Assembly (NCBI GenBank): GCA_039810425.1
Contig: JBDHWW010000017.1
Span: 1 to 64,000 of the forward strand
From: Pseudobdellovibrionaceae bacterium
GTDB lineage: Bacteria; Bdellovibrionota; Bdellovibrionia; Bdellovibrionales; Bdellovibrionaceae
Length of the DNA stretch: 64,000 nucleotides
Reading direction: 5' to 3'
Shown: piece by piece, positions 25,790 to 35,489 of the stretch
How positions within the stretch are numbered: position 1 is the first letter of the stretch
Layout: each line of letters opens with the position of its first letter
Translations under genes and position numbers: made by a program
The notes under the pieces: generated by a model
Told to the model about the DNA's origin: nothing
Seen by the model: the letters and a program-made list of their open reading frames with translations, nothing else
Databases searched by the model: none

Positions 25790-26020
25790 TTAAGATTTTA
25801 CTTTAGTTTTGATCGAAAGTGCATGGACTTCGCCGGTTTGAAGCTCCGGTCCAAAAACAGCCATAACATGTTGATGTTGTTGAATGCGGTTGAGTCCCGC
25901 GAACTTCACACTTTCAACGAACACTTCCCAGTGGTCTTCGGTGCCAGTCAAATCGACGACGTCAATGGTTCCATCAGGATAAGCGGTCGCTAAACGGTCT
26001 TTTATTTCTTGTGATGTCAT
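25790..26020 (-). CDS. BolA family protein
   Basis: DH...FAGLNRIQQHQ.V and VHALSIKT; adjacent to grxD. Confidence 0.9.
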   Translation of the reverse strand: MTSQEIKDRLATAYPDGTIDVVDLTGTEDHWEVFVESVKFAGLNRIQQHQHVMAVFGPELQTGEVHALSIKTKVKS

Positions 26021-26116
26021 AGGGGAAGGGATACCAGAGGCGCGGTTTTGGCGCAAGTGCTAACTGGGATTCCCGGGGCGGGTGACAGTGGGCCTCCAGA
26101 AGGGTAAGACCTGGGA

Positions 26117-28039
26117 ATGGGTGAATTTTTACGTCGTTTTGAGAAGCTTTTGGGTTTAGGGGCTCTCTCGTTGGGTTTTTACCTTTTTGCGAGGCTTGAG
26201 TTTCTCGCTTGGAACTGGGCCCATTACCGTTCGAAGGAATCCACTGACATTCTCTGGGCTTTTTTGCTGGGCTTACGCTTCGATATTTCAGCTATTTGCA
26301 TGAGTCTGACGCCGTTGATTCTTTGGAGCTTTTGGCCTTGGCCTGAAAAACGCCGCCGCCTGTGGGGGACCGTCGCGTTTTGGATGTGGGCTCCGTTCTT
26401 CTTGCTCTTCATGATGATGAACCTGGGGGACTCGGAGTTTATTAACTTCGTGGGCCGCCGTTTTTCCTATGACGCTTTGTTTGTCGTTGGGGAAATGGAC
26501 AGCAAAGTCGGAAATATTTTGGCCTCGTATTGGCACTTGGCGCTAATCAACTTCTCAGTGATGTTCTTGGTTCTATGGCTGGGGTGGAAAATCCTGCGCC
26601 GTCCGTCCCGGCGGGTTTATTTACCCTCAGGCAAGCGCGAAATCCTCTACTACCCCGCCGGCGTGTTCTTGGTGCTGGCGCTGGCCGTGATCGGGCTGCG
26701 CGGCGGCCTCCAGAAGAAGCCCATGAATATCGTGAATGCGCATGTTTTTGCGGCGCCGATTCTGAATAACCTTGTTTTGAATTCGACGTTCACATTCGTG
26801 AAAAGCTATGGAGCCGAGACTCTGTCGCATGAAGTGTATTTCTCAGACCGTAGCGAAATGCTCAGTCACTTAAACGGCGCGATCAAAAGGCCCTCATTGC
26901 TGGAGGGGCATCGCCTCAAGACCCCGCAAAATGTGGTGGTGATTATTCTTGAAAGCTTCAGCCTTGAGTACATGGGCGAAGTGAATGGCGGCAAAGGTTT
27001 TACGCCGTTCCTGGATTCCCTGGCTCACAAAGGGCTGTTTTTTAAGAACGGTTTTGCCAATGCCCGCAGATCTATCGAAGGTATTGCCGCAGTGACCGCC
27101 GGCATTCCGGCAATGATGAATGAGCCATTTATTTCTTCGCACTTTTCTTCGAACTATTTTGTAGGCCTTGGCAGTATATTGACCGCGCAAAAATATCCGA
27201 CGGCGTTTTTCCATGGCGGCAACAACGGCACGATGTACTTCGACGTCTTTGCCAAGAGTGCCGGCTTTGAAAAATACTACGGCGCCAACGAGTATCCAAA
27301 CCCGGGGGACAACGACGGAACATGGGGGATTTTCGACGAGCCGTTCCTGCAATTCATGAAGGAAAAACTTGATGAAATGAAGCCGCCGTTCTTTGCGACG
27401 GTGTTCACATTGAGTTCGCACAATCCGTACCGCATTCCGGATCAGTACAAGGGTAAATTCCCCAAGGGCCCGCACGAAATCCTCGAGAGTGTCGCGTATT
27501 CTGATTATGCTTTGCAGAGATTCTTTGAGGAAGCCGAGAAATCTCCGTGGTACAGGGATACTTTGTTCGTCATCACTGCGGATCACACGGGTTTCAACTA
27601 CCGTCCTGAAAACGAAAACGAAATTTCGCGTTTCCGTGTGCCCTTGATTTTCTTCCATCCGGGTTATGAGTGGCCCAAAGAAATAGATCGCGACCAAGTC
27701 GTGCAGCAAATCGACGTCTTACCATCGGTGATGGACTTTTTGGGAATCGAAAACACCAAAGAAGTGAACTACCTCGTGCGTTCCGTTTTCATTCCAGGAG
27801 AGCGTACAGCCACAATGTACTTGGATGGCCGCTATTTTATCGCGGACAAAGAATACTTTGTCGATTGGCTTGTGGGGGCCGGCATGAAAATGTATGCCGT
27901 GGGGGATTCTTTCGAAAAGCACCCGTTGGCGGAGCCCGCGGCGCGCAAGGTGAATCTTGAAAACCGGGTGAAGGCCGCCGCCCAGTACTTCAATGAAGGT
28001 ATGCGGGACAACCGCCTCTACTACCCAAGCGGCAAGTAA
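26117..28039 (+). CDS. LTA synthase/sulfatase family membrane protein
   Basis: N-terminal TMs; NVVVIILES, TLSSHNPY, ITADH. Confidence 0.9.
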   Translation: MGEFLRRFEKLLGLGALSLGFYLFARLEFLAWNWAHYRSKESTDILWAFLLGLRFDISAICMSLTPLILWSFWPWPEKRRRLWGTVAFWMWAPFFLLFMMMNLGDSEFINFVGRRFSYDALFVVGEMDSKVGNILASYWHLALINFSVMFLVLWLGWKILRRPSRRVYLPSGKREILYYPAGVFLVLALAVIGLRGGLQKKPMNIVNAHVFAAPILNNLVLNSTFTFVKSYGAETLSHEVYFSDRSEMLSHLNGAIKRPSLLEGHRLKTPQNVVVIILESFSLEYMGEVNGGKGFTPFLDSLAHKGLFFKNGFANARRSIEGIAAVTAGIPAMMNEPFISSHFSSNYFVGLGSILTAQKYPTAFFHGGNNGTMYFDVFAKSAGFEKYYGANEYPNPGDNDGTWGIFDEPFLQFMKEKLDEMKPPFFATVFTLSSHNPYRIPDQYKGKFPKGPHEILESVAYSDYALQRFFEEAEKSPWYRDTLFVITADHTGFNYRPENENEISRFRVPLIFFHPGYEWPKEIDRDQVVQQIDVLPSVMDFLGIENTKEVNYLVRSVFIPGERTATMYLDGRYFIADKEYFVDWLVGAGMKMYAVGDSFEKHPLAEPAARKVNLENRVKAAAQYFNEGMRDNRLYYPSGK

Positions 28040-28246
28040 CCGTCTTGCCCCTCATTGCTTTAGGGGTTCGAATAACGGTCCCGGCTATGGAGGGCACTCC
28101 TTACTCGGGCAGTGGGCTGCTTTGTGCCTATGGCGCCAATGGAACTCTTGCTCAGTATGGCCTTAGGGCTCAGCAAGCCGTCGCCTTAATCAAGGCCCGG
28201 ACAACATTATGGCAGCCTACGAATCCAGATGGCTTGAGTATCGAGA

Positions 28247-28771
28247 CTAGAGGTCGGGGGAGTGCTCGACCTCTTTCTTTTTCTGATCGCGAAATTGTGC
28301 AAGCTTTTCTTCAAGCTCCAATTCTTGTTTTTTATCCAGAGACGAGTGAAAAATCTGGCCGCCGTAAGAGGCGAGGTCCTGCACGACGGCTTCAGCGGAC
28401 GTCGTTCTTAGGAGCAAAAACAGCGCGGAGCTATTCGGCTTCATCTCTTTTCCGACATCTTTCATATAGTGGTCGCTGATCCCTCGGTCACTCACACTTC
28501 CGGCCACCGCGCCGAGGATTGCCCCCGGAATACCGAGATAAGGGAGCCACACAAACCATCCCAGGAAAGTGCCCAGGGCCAAGCCGCCGATTGCGCCGAA
28601 CAACGGGAGGTTATTTTCTTGGTGGAGGGAGATCTTGCCTTTTCGGTCTTTAATCACGGCGCAAGCGTCTTCTAAGTCGATGCGGCCCTCTCGAGAGAGG
28701 GTTTCCACCGCTTCTAAAACGTCGTCCGCGATTTTTTCTTCAGGGTAGAGGATAGCAAGCAGGACCGCCAT
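28247..28771 (-). CDS. DUF1269 family membrane protein
   Basis: LEDACAVIKDRKGKI, Gly-zipper TM, SSALFLL. Confidence 0.8.
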   Translation of the reverse strand: MAVLLAILYPEEKIADDVLEAVETLSREGRIDLEDACAVIKDRKGKISLHQENNLPLFGAIGGLALGTFLGWFVWLPYLGIPGAILGAVAGSVSDRGISDHYMKDVGKEMKPNSSALFLLLRTTSAEAVVQDLASYGGQIFHSSLDKKQELELEEKLAQFRDQKKKEVEHSPDL

Positions 28772-28937
28772 AGGTGCCTCCTAAGGATGATGTGCCATCA
28801 TCAAGTATTCTCTTTACGCGCTTTTCCGGAGCCATTGAAAACGCAAACCCAGGAATGGCTTTGGTTTAACTGTCCTGAAATCATATCAAACCCGGCCCGC
28901 TCATGGGTGGATGTTTTCTTCCAAAACCGGGAGGTCG

Positions 28938-29438
28938 CTAAAACTCGATATTGCGCTCGAAATGGCAAGTGTAGCCGTTGGGATGTTTTTCTAAATAGTC
29001 CTGATGGTCATCCTCGGCGCACCAGAATTTTTCAAACGGCTCGATTTCGGTCGCCAGCGGATGCTGCCAAACGTGCGATGTTTCAATGCGCTCAATGACT
29101 TTTTCCGCGATCTCGCGCTGGCTTTCGGTGTGATAGAAAATGGCGGAGCGGTATTGGCTGCCGATATCATTGCCTTGCTGATCTTCCGTGGTAGGGTTGT
29201 GGATTCTAAAGAAGTACAGCAAGAGCTTTTCGTAACTGAGGGTGTCGGGATCAAACTCGATTTGAATGGCCTCAGCGTGGCCGGTTTTACCGGTCTTTAC
29301 TTGTTCGTAGGTTGCGTTGGAGGTGGTTCCACCCGTGTATCCGACATCGGTGTTTAGGACCCCGGGAAGTTTTCTCAGTAAATCTTCCATGCCCCAAAAG
29401 CAGCCGCCCGCGAGTGTTGCAACTTCTATTTTGGCCAT
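28938..29438 (-). CDS. msrA: Peptide methionine sulfoxide reductase A
   Basis: AGGCFWGME, GHAEA, QYRSAIF, HQDYL; start set at MAKIEV (GGAG RBS). Confidence 0.95.
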   Translation of the reverse strand: MAKIEVATLAGGCFWGMEDLLRKLPGVLNTDVGYTGGTTSNATYEQVKTGKTGHAEAIQIEFDPDTLSYEKLLLYFFRIHNPTTEDQQGNDIGSQYRSAIFYHTESQREIAEKVIERIETSHVWQHPLATEIEPFEKFWCAEDDHQDYLEKHPNGYTCHFERNIEF

Positions 29439-29471
29439 TGGATCTCCTTGTGGTATAAGACCTCCACCAAT

Positions 29472-29792
29472 ATGAACATTTTCTTTCAGGCCGCAAGCGC
29501 GGAACATCAAAAACGTGAAAAAGCAAAGGCTCGAGAGTTGCGCCAATCTCAGTGGTGGCGTCAGCAAGTAGGGCCGGGGATTTGCTATCACTGCCAGGGT
29601 CAGTTTAAGTCCTCGGAGCTGACGATGGATCATTTGATTCCGATGGCCCGGGGTGGAAAGTCCAACAAGAAGAACTGCGTGCCTTCTTGTAAGGAGTGTA
29701 ACTCTAAAAAAGGGTCCAAAATGTCGGTTGAACTCACCATGGAAAACATCGCTGAAGAGGCCAAAAAGCGTTCGGGCGACGACGTCGATTAG
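29472..29792 (+). CDS. HNH endonuclease family protein
   Basis: CYHC, LTMDHLIPMARGG, CKECNSKK. Confidence 0.9.
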   Translation: MNIFFQAASAEHQKREKAKARELRQSQWWRQQVGPGICYHCQGQFKSSELTMDHLIPMARGGKSNKKNCVPSCKECNSKKGSKMSVELTMENIAEEAKKRSGDDVD

Positions 29793-29938
29793 GACGCGGT
29801 GCATATTAAAAAAACCAACCAACCCTTCAAAAGTCTTGCTTTAACACCCCGCAATGGGACTAACCTAGGAACATATCGTCTCGAGATCGGCTGGTGATCT
29901 TAGATATAAACTATTGAAATCAAAGGAATATAGTTGCT

Positions 29939-31705
29939 GTGAGTAAAATTACCAAAAGCAGTACAGCGGAATACTTTGCAAAAAACCTGCAGCAGGTGGG
30001 TTTTTCGTCCCCTTTGAAAGCCGTTTTAACGACTTTGAAAGAGGCCGTCGATAACTCCTTAGATGCCTGTGAATCTTCAGGAATTTTACCAGATCTTCTG
30101 GTTGAGGTTACAAAAGTAGGATCTGGCTCAACCAAGAACACAGACTTAATTAAAATCGTTGTCGAAGATAACGGTCCCGGGATTGAAGCCGACGACCTGG
30201 CAAAGGTCTACGGCGAGTACCTTGCTTCTTCTAAGTTCGGCCGTGGGCAATGTTCTCGCGGTCAACAGGGGATCGGTATCTCTGCGGCGACGACGTGGGC
30301 GCAGATGACGAATGCACGGGGTGTGCAAGTAGTGTCAAAAACAAAATCCATGCGTAAAGCCGTGTCGGCGCAAGTGGATGTGGACATCAAATCCAACACC
30401 GGTGTCCTGAAGAATAAAGAAACCATGGATTGGGATCGCCCCCACGGAACTCGCGTTGAGTTCCTGCTCGATGGCCGTATTCAAATGAATGGGGATGGTG
30501 GTCTCGTAACTTATATTGAAGGAACGGTGCTCGTAAATCCGCACATGACCATCACTTATAAGTTGCAAGAAAACGACTTCGTGACGGTGGCCCGCGTGAG
30601 CAATGAGGTCCCTCAGTTGCCTGAAGCGACATTGCCGCATCCTCACACGTTTAAACTGGGCGAGTTCATCACTCACGCGACTTTGTTCGGCAAAGTTTCT
30701 GTATCAAAATTCCTGAAAACGGGTTTTTCCCGTATCTCTGATCAGTCGATCAAAGACTTTGTGAAAAACGGTCTGCCAAAAGCGTTGGTTGAAAAGCCGC
30801 TCACTTCACTCAGCGAAGAGGACTTCAAAAAAGTTTTCCAGGCGGTGCAAGCAACGGAATTGATGGCTCCCTCGACGAAGTCGGTTTTAACCGTCGGGGA
30901 AGAGTCTTTGTCTAAATCCATTTTGCGCCTGGGTGAAATCGACTTCTTCGCGGTTGTGACGCGGAAGCCGACCATTTGTGACTTTAAGCCCGTGGTGGTC
31001 GAAGTGGCATTGGCCCGCTTCAAAACCCGCCAAACAGAGGCCGACTCCGCGGTGCAATTGCTTCGTTTCGCCAACCGCGTTCCGCTGCAATTCGATAAGT
31101 CAGGTTGTGCGATCACCTGGGCGATTGAGTCCGTGAACTGGAAAGCGTACGGCCTCGGCCAGCCGAAAGACAGCTTGCCGTTGGGACCATACATCTTCGC
31201 GGTTTCCGTCGTTTCGCCGTTCATTAAGTTTAAGAATGCTTCTAAGGAAACCATTGATGCGTCTGAAGAGCTTGTGGCGGAAATCCGCTTGGCATTGATC
31301 CAAGCCGGCCAAAAGCTTTCTCGCCACATCAAAAAAGAGTTCAAAGAGGCAGATCTCGAGCGAAAGCTTGCGCATATCGAACAATTCGGGCCTATCCTGG
31401 TTGAGCACTTAGCTCGTATGGTTGGCGCGAATGACGCCCGTAAGAAAAGAGCCGAAGAGGGGCTGAAAAAGCTCCTCGGCCGGGATTCTGAGGCGGCGAT
31501 GGCGGATCTTGAAGAGGCCGAGAGCAAATTGCTCGCACAGAAGAAAAAAGAGCGCCAAAAAGGCATCGCTCACGATGATGAAAAAGAAGCAGAGGTCGAT
31601 GTGATTTCGTCTGACGACCTCAGCGACGAGGCCGAAGGAAAACCGCAAGGCACGACTAAAAAAGCTACTACCAAAAAAGCGGGTACAAAGAAGGGTGGTA
31701 AATAA
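29939..31705 (+). CDS. top6B: DNA topoisomerase VI subunit B
   Basis: AEYFAKN..VGF, KEAVDNSLDA, EDNGPGI, SRGQQGIGIS, RFANRVPL. Confidence 0.93.
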   Translation: MSKITKSSTAEYFAKNLQQVGFSSPLKAVLTTLKEAVDNSLDACESSGILPDLLVEVTKVGSGSTKNTDLIKIVVEDNGPGIEADDLAKVYGEYLASSKFGRGQCSRGQQGIGISAATTWAQMTNARGVQVVSKTKSMRKAVSAQVDVDIKSNTGVLKNKETMDWDRPHGTRVEFLLDGRIQMNGDGGLVTYIEGTVLVNPHMTITYKLQENDFVTVARVSNEVPQLPEATLPHPHTFKLGEFITHATLFGKVSVSKFLKTGFSRISDQSIKDFVKNGLPKALVEKPLTSLSEEDFKKVFQAVQATELMAPSTKSVLTVGEESLSKSILRLGEIDFFAVVTRKPTICDFKPVVVEVALARFKTRQTEADSAVQLLRFANRVPLQFDKSGCAITWAIESVNWKAYGLGQPKDSLPLGPYIFAVSVVSPFIKFKNASKETIDASEELVAEIRLALIQAGQKLSRHIKKEFKEADLERKLAHIEQFGPILVEHLARMVGANDARKKRAEEGLKKLLGRDSEAAMADLEEAESKLLAQKKKERQKGIAHDDEKEAEVDVISSDDLSDEAEGKPQGTTKKATTKKAGTKKGGK

Positions 31706-32868
31706 TGGCTAAACTCATGGCCGTTCGTGAACTGAAAATTGATATTCCTAAAGAAGCGGCGCTTCTCGCGGAAAAAATGCTGAAAGATTTAGAAAATTCT
31801 AAGCGCCCGGTATTGGAAGCGGTGAAAACTTCCTTGGATAACTCGCTCTACAATCCGAAAGTGGGCTACCTCACCCCGGGTGATAAAGTGGTCCGTACTG
31901 AGTTGAACGTTTCTTCCGTGCAGAAACTGGCGCGGGTGGTTTTCATCTTGGAGATTCTTTTGAACAACTTGAAAATCGAGGCAGTGAATACGAAGCGTGA
32001 GCTCTATTACATGGCAAAAGGTTTGATCAAAGGGAACTCGAGATTGAAACCGCTTGATTTCGAAGACCAGCCGGAATCTGATGCGATCATCGATTTCATC
32101 GGTGATATGCTTGAGGTCTATCGTGAGGAATTAAACTGCTTTGCCAATGACCGTGGTGGGCAGACTTACTCACAGCAGTTGGTTGTGACTGAGACTTTGG
32201 CAGATGGGGATAAGGCCGTGATCGATCTTTCGACTCTGGGGACGTCGCCATTCCAACCAAAGAACAAGCCGCAGTCTTTGAAATTAAAAGCTAAGAAGAA
32301 AATCGATTTCTGCCTGGTGATCGAGTCCGAAGGTACGGCGAATACGCTGGCAACCATGGGCTTTACGAAGCGCAATAACTGTATCTTGATGGGTGCCCAA
32401 GGGGTTCCGTCAAACGGTGTTCGTGGCTGGTGCAAATTGATTCAAGAACAGCTCGATGTTCCGATGTACTTCTTCGGCGATCTCGATGCGTACACGATGC
32501 AAAATATCTATCGTACGCTGAAAGCCGGTTCGGCAGCGTCTTTGATTCGTAATGCGGATTTCTCCGCACCGAATGTGAGATTCCTAGGAGTCTTGCCGGA
32601 GGATATCAAAAAGTATGATTTGCCTCACTACAAAGTGAAGGAATCTGACCCTGCGGAGGCGCGCGCTTTGAAGAAAGCGAAAGACGTTTTGGAAAACGAT
32701 CCGTTCTTCTTGGATAAAAAGAACAAAGACCTGGCGGATATCCTGCGCTTCTTGATCAAAGAGAAAATTCGTTGCGAGCAACAAAGCTACTTCTCGGTGG
32801 ATCCCAAGGATCCGATCAAAACCGAGAAGATTATTCTTGAAAAGATCAAACGCGGTTCTTACGTATAG
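31705..32868 (+). CDS. top6A: DNA topoisomerase VI subunit A (Spo11-like)
   Basis: TKRELYY (catalytic Tyr region); Toprim motifs VIESE, GVP and GDLD; coupled to top6B. Confidence 0.92.
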   Translation: MAKLMAVRELKIDIPKEAALLAEKMLKDLENSKRPVLEAVKTSLDNSLYNPKVGYLTPGDKVVRTELNVSSVQKLARVVFILEILLNNLKIEAVNTKRELYYMAKGLIKGNSRLKPLDFEDQPESDAIIDFIGDMLEVYREELNCFANDRGGQTYSQQLVVTETLADGDKAVIDLSTLGTSPFQPKNKPQSLKLKAKKKIDFCLVIESEGTANTLATMGFTKRNNCILMGAQGVPSNGVRGWCKLIQEQLDVPMYFFGDLDAYTMQNIYRTLKAGSAASLIRNADFSAPNVRFLGVLPEDIKKYDLPHYKVKESDPAEARALKKAKDVLENDPFFLDKKNKDLADILRFLIKEKIRCEQQSYFSVDPKDPIKTEKIILEKIKRGSYV

Positions 32869-32895
32869 TCGGCGGTTCATCTGGCTTTTCAATTT

Positions 32896-33810
32896 TTATC
32901 CGCGCGGTTGTGGAATCAACGCGGGCTTAAAAGCCGGTGACTGCAGAGACTTCATGGAGTTGGCAATCCAGGTTAAGTAGGGCTGCACTTTCGTGTAAAC
33001 AGTGTCGCCGATACATTGTCCGAGAGGATCCGTTTTTCTATCCGCACGGCTGGTCGTGCCGGCAACGTAGCGCTGGCCATTGATTTGAACATAAGCAGGA
33101 CCGCCGGAATCCCCATGACAAGGACCTTTGCCGTTGCCTGAGTCGACAAGCATTTCGCTGCGGCTGTAGTTTGGATCCGCGATCGGGATATCGACGCGAA
33201 GAAGCTTGTCCGTTTCAGTATTGCGGACGCCATCAGTCAGACCGAAACCTGCAAGCGTCACGGTCTGCCGGGCCTTCAGCTCCTGTCCTTTAGGCAGAAG
33301 CCGCGCGAGTTGATATCCCTCTGGAAGTCCCCCTTCGAAACGTAAGAGAGCGATATCACCCCAGTCGGATTGCTGAGCTGCTTGGAGTTTCGGCCATGCG
33401 CTGCCGACCTTGCCGCCGACCACGCGGCGAAGGAGAGGATCTTTTAACGAAAGTGTTTTCAGATCCGCGGACTTCGCTGAGAAGTACAAGAAAATAAAAT
33501 TTGGATTTGCGGCGGTACAGTGGGCGGCCGTCAGAACGATGTTGTCAGCGAGCAATGAGCCGGTGCAACTTGCGACGCCGGCAACTTTGACCTGGCCGTT
33601 TTCATCGACCGTCGGTTGCACCGTAAAAATTTGCACGGTCATTTTTGCGATGTCTTCCGTGGCGGCAACGGCGGAGCCGCCGACGATGCCATTGATTTGT
33701 CCCGACTGATCACCACTGAAAACTTCGCCTCCAGTCGCATGCATCTTAGAACAAGCCGTGAGTGCCAGAACACTTGCTAGTAGCGTTGATGTTAAAAGTG
33801 AATTTGTCAT
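32896..33810 (-). CDS. Trypsin-like (S1) serine protease, lipoprotein
   Basis: LTAC lipobox, IVGG, LTAAHC, DIALL, GDSGGP. Confidence 0.93.
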   Translation of the reverse strand: MTNSLLTSTLLASVLALTACSKMHATGGEVFSGDQSGQINGIVGGSAVAATEDIAKMTVQIFTVQPTVDENGQVKVAGVASCTGSLLADNIVLTAAHCTAANPNFIFLYFSAKSADLKTLSLKDPLLRRVVGGKVGSAWPKLQAAQQSDWGDIALLRFEGGLPEGYQLARLLPKGQELKARQTVTLAGFGLTDGVRNTETDKLLRVDIPIADPNYSRSEMLVDSGNGKGPCHGDSGGPAYVQINGQRYVAGTTSRADRKTDPLGQCIGDTVYTKVQPYLTWIANSMKSLQSPAFKPALIPQPRG

Positions 33811-33930
33811 GAACCCCTCCCTCTCCCGTCTTCTGTTTCATCAAGAAAGCGGAATGAAGTGAAGATGAATGTTTGGATCGGCGCCATAAGAATTGCTTAT
33901 ACGGGGCCGTTCCGGGGTTCAGACTGTTTT

Positions 33931-34761
33931 TTATTTGCGATGGGCTTGGAAATCCTCTTCTTCGCCGGGCAAATCGATCGGTGGGAATGCAGAATTTTCA
34001 GGGGCGGGCGCGAATTGCTGGCGCGAAGAGCTTTCGCCGGCGATTTTTTCGAGGCCTGGATAGTAGTGATAAATCATAGAACCGTTGCCCAAGGCTTTAA
34101 TCAGCTTTGGCAGAACGCGTGGCTCAACCGCAGGGCAGCCCCAACTGAGACCTAAACGGCCGTTTTTTTCTATGAACCTGTCCGACACGTAGTCGGCCCC
34201 ATGCATGACGATGTCGCGCACGGCAGTGAGGTTGTTGGTTGGCTCAAGACCGTAAAGATTCATAGAGCGGCCGTGGCCGCCGACGTAGGTATCGCCACCC
34301 ACCATGATTCCCAGCGAGGTCATCTTTGACATGTTGATGTTTGCAAATTCCGTCGGCACCAGAGTGCCGGAGTTGCGGCCGTGGGCTACATAGAATTTTT
34401 CAACTTGTCCCGTCAAGAGGTCGATCAAGTACAAGCGCTTCGATGTCGACGGGAGGGAGTAGTCAATAATCGCGGCATATTTATTCTGGATGGTGGTTCG
34501 GCCACGGGCCATGTAGGCGGACCCGCTGCGCGGGCGGATTTTCATATCGACGAGGAGGCTCTTGCCGGCATTGACGTCCAGGAAGGCGAAACTGCGCGCG
34601 ATCGCCTCTTCAGGGACGCCCTGATTTTTCAGGCGGTCATACAGGGAGAGCGTCCCGACTTTACGGTTAAAGAAGGATTTGGTCTCAGGAACGGGAGGGC
34701 TCGCGAAGGCCTGGTTGAAAAGAAAAAAAGCTGAAAGGAGGCTCAAAAGCGCTGTTTTCAT
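33931..34761 (-). CDS. L,D-transpeptidase catalytic-domain (YkuD_2-type) protein
   Basis: IIDYSLPSTSKRLY, VAHGRNSG, IVMHGADYV, GLSWGCPAV. Confidence 0.88.
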   Translation of the reverse strand: MKTALLSLLSAFFLFNQAFASPPVPETKSFFNRKVGTLSLYDRLKNQGVPEEAIARSFAFLDVNAGKSLLVDMKIRPRSGSAYMARGRTTIQNKYAAIIDYSLPSTSKRLYLIDLLTGQVEKFYVAHGRNSGTLVPTEFANINMSKMTSLGIMVGGDTYVGGHGRSMNLYGLEPTNNLTAVRDIVMHGADYVSDRFIEKNGRLGLSWGCPAVEPRVLPKLIKALGNGSMIYHYYPGLEKIAGESSSRQQFAPAPENSAFPPIDLPGEEEDFQAHRK

Positions 34762-34979
34762 GCTTGGGTCCGTTTGCAATTTTATGGCCAAAAAGGGGTG
34801 TTCTCGGGAGGCTTATAAATTGCCAGGTGTTCCAGGATAGGTGAAACCAGGCATTTTTTCGTCACATGTTTCAAATTTAGACACCCTTTGGCCGCTGAAA
34901 AGGTATTTGCTTTATTTGGGCATAGCACCTAATTTGCTCCACACATCCGCGGAATCACGAGTTCGTTGTTGGAGGCCGT

Positions 34980-35438
34980 ATGAAAAAGCTGAAGGTTGGA
35001 ATGCTGCTTTCCGCGCTGACGTTTGTCGGAGCTGTGGCTCATGCGAAACTTTCAGACATCCAGTCGATGAAATGCATCGATGGCGACAGCCAAACGAGAT
35101 CTGCTTTTCAGGATATTCAAGCCGCTTATGAAATGAGGCTCGTGACTGCGAAGGACTTTTTCAAAGTGATGGAAAAACCTGACAATTGCCCACAACTCCG
35201 TAAAGATCTTAAAAAGCTTCACACCAGTGCGATCGCTTCTTTCCCGCGTGCGAAGGTGGCTCCTCGCATGGAGTCCGGCTTCAGCGGCCAGAACAGCGGT
35301 TTCGGACCTTCGCCGGCTCCAAGCCTCCATGGCGGTGGGATGCCACCGGCTCCGGATTTCGGTGACTTTCCACCACCACCTCCATCGCCGCCAATGCCAG
35401 ACTCTGACTTCAGTGACGATTTCAGTGATTTCCGCTAG
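34980..35438 (+). CDS. Secreted hypothetical protein with Pro-rich acidic tail
   Basis: GGAGG RBS; signal peptide ending AHA. Confidence 0.7.
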   Translation: MKKLKVGMLLSALTFVGAVAHAKLSDIQSMKCIDGDSQTRSAFQDIQAAYEMRLVTAKDFFKVMEKPDNCPQLRKDLKKLHTSAIASFPRAKVAPRMESGFSGQNSGFGPSPAPSLHGGGMPPAPDFGDFPPPPPSPPMPDSDFSDDFSDFR

Positions 35439-35489
35439 GATTTGGCACTCCTTCTTGACGAGTGCTTTGATTTCGCCGAGTTTGGTGGA

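Noticed and set aside
28045..28479. 144-aa plus-strand ORF
   Set aside because: It overlaps the DUF1269 gene antisense, starts at TTG without a clear RBS and has no recognisable motif.
29439..29822. N-terminal extension of msrA in the 294-aa ORF call
   Set aside because: It is the antisense shadow of the HNH gene; MsrA homology begins at MAKIEV (29438), which has its own RBS.
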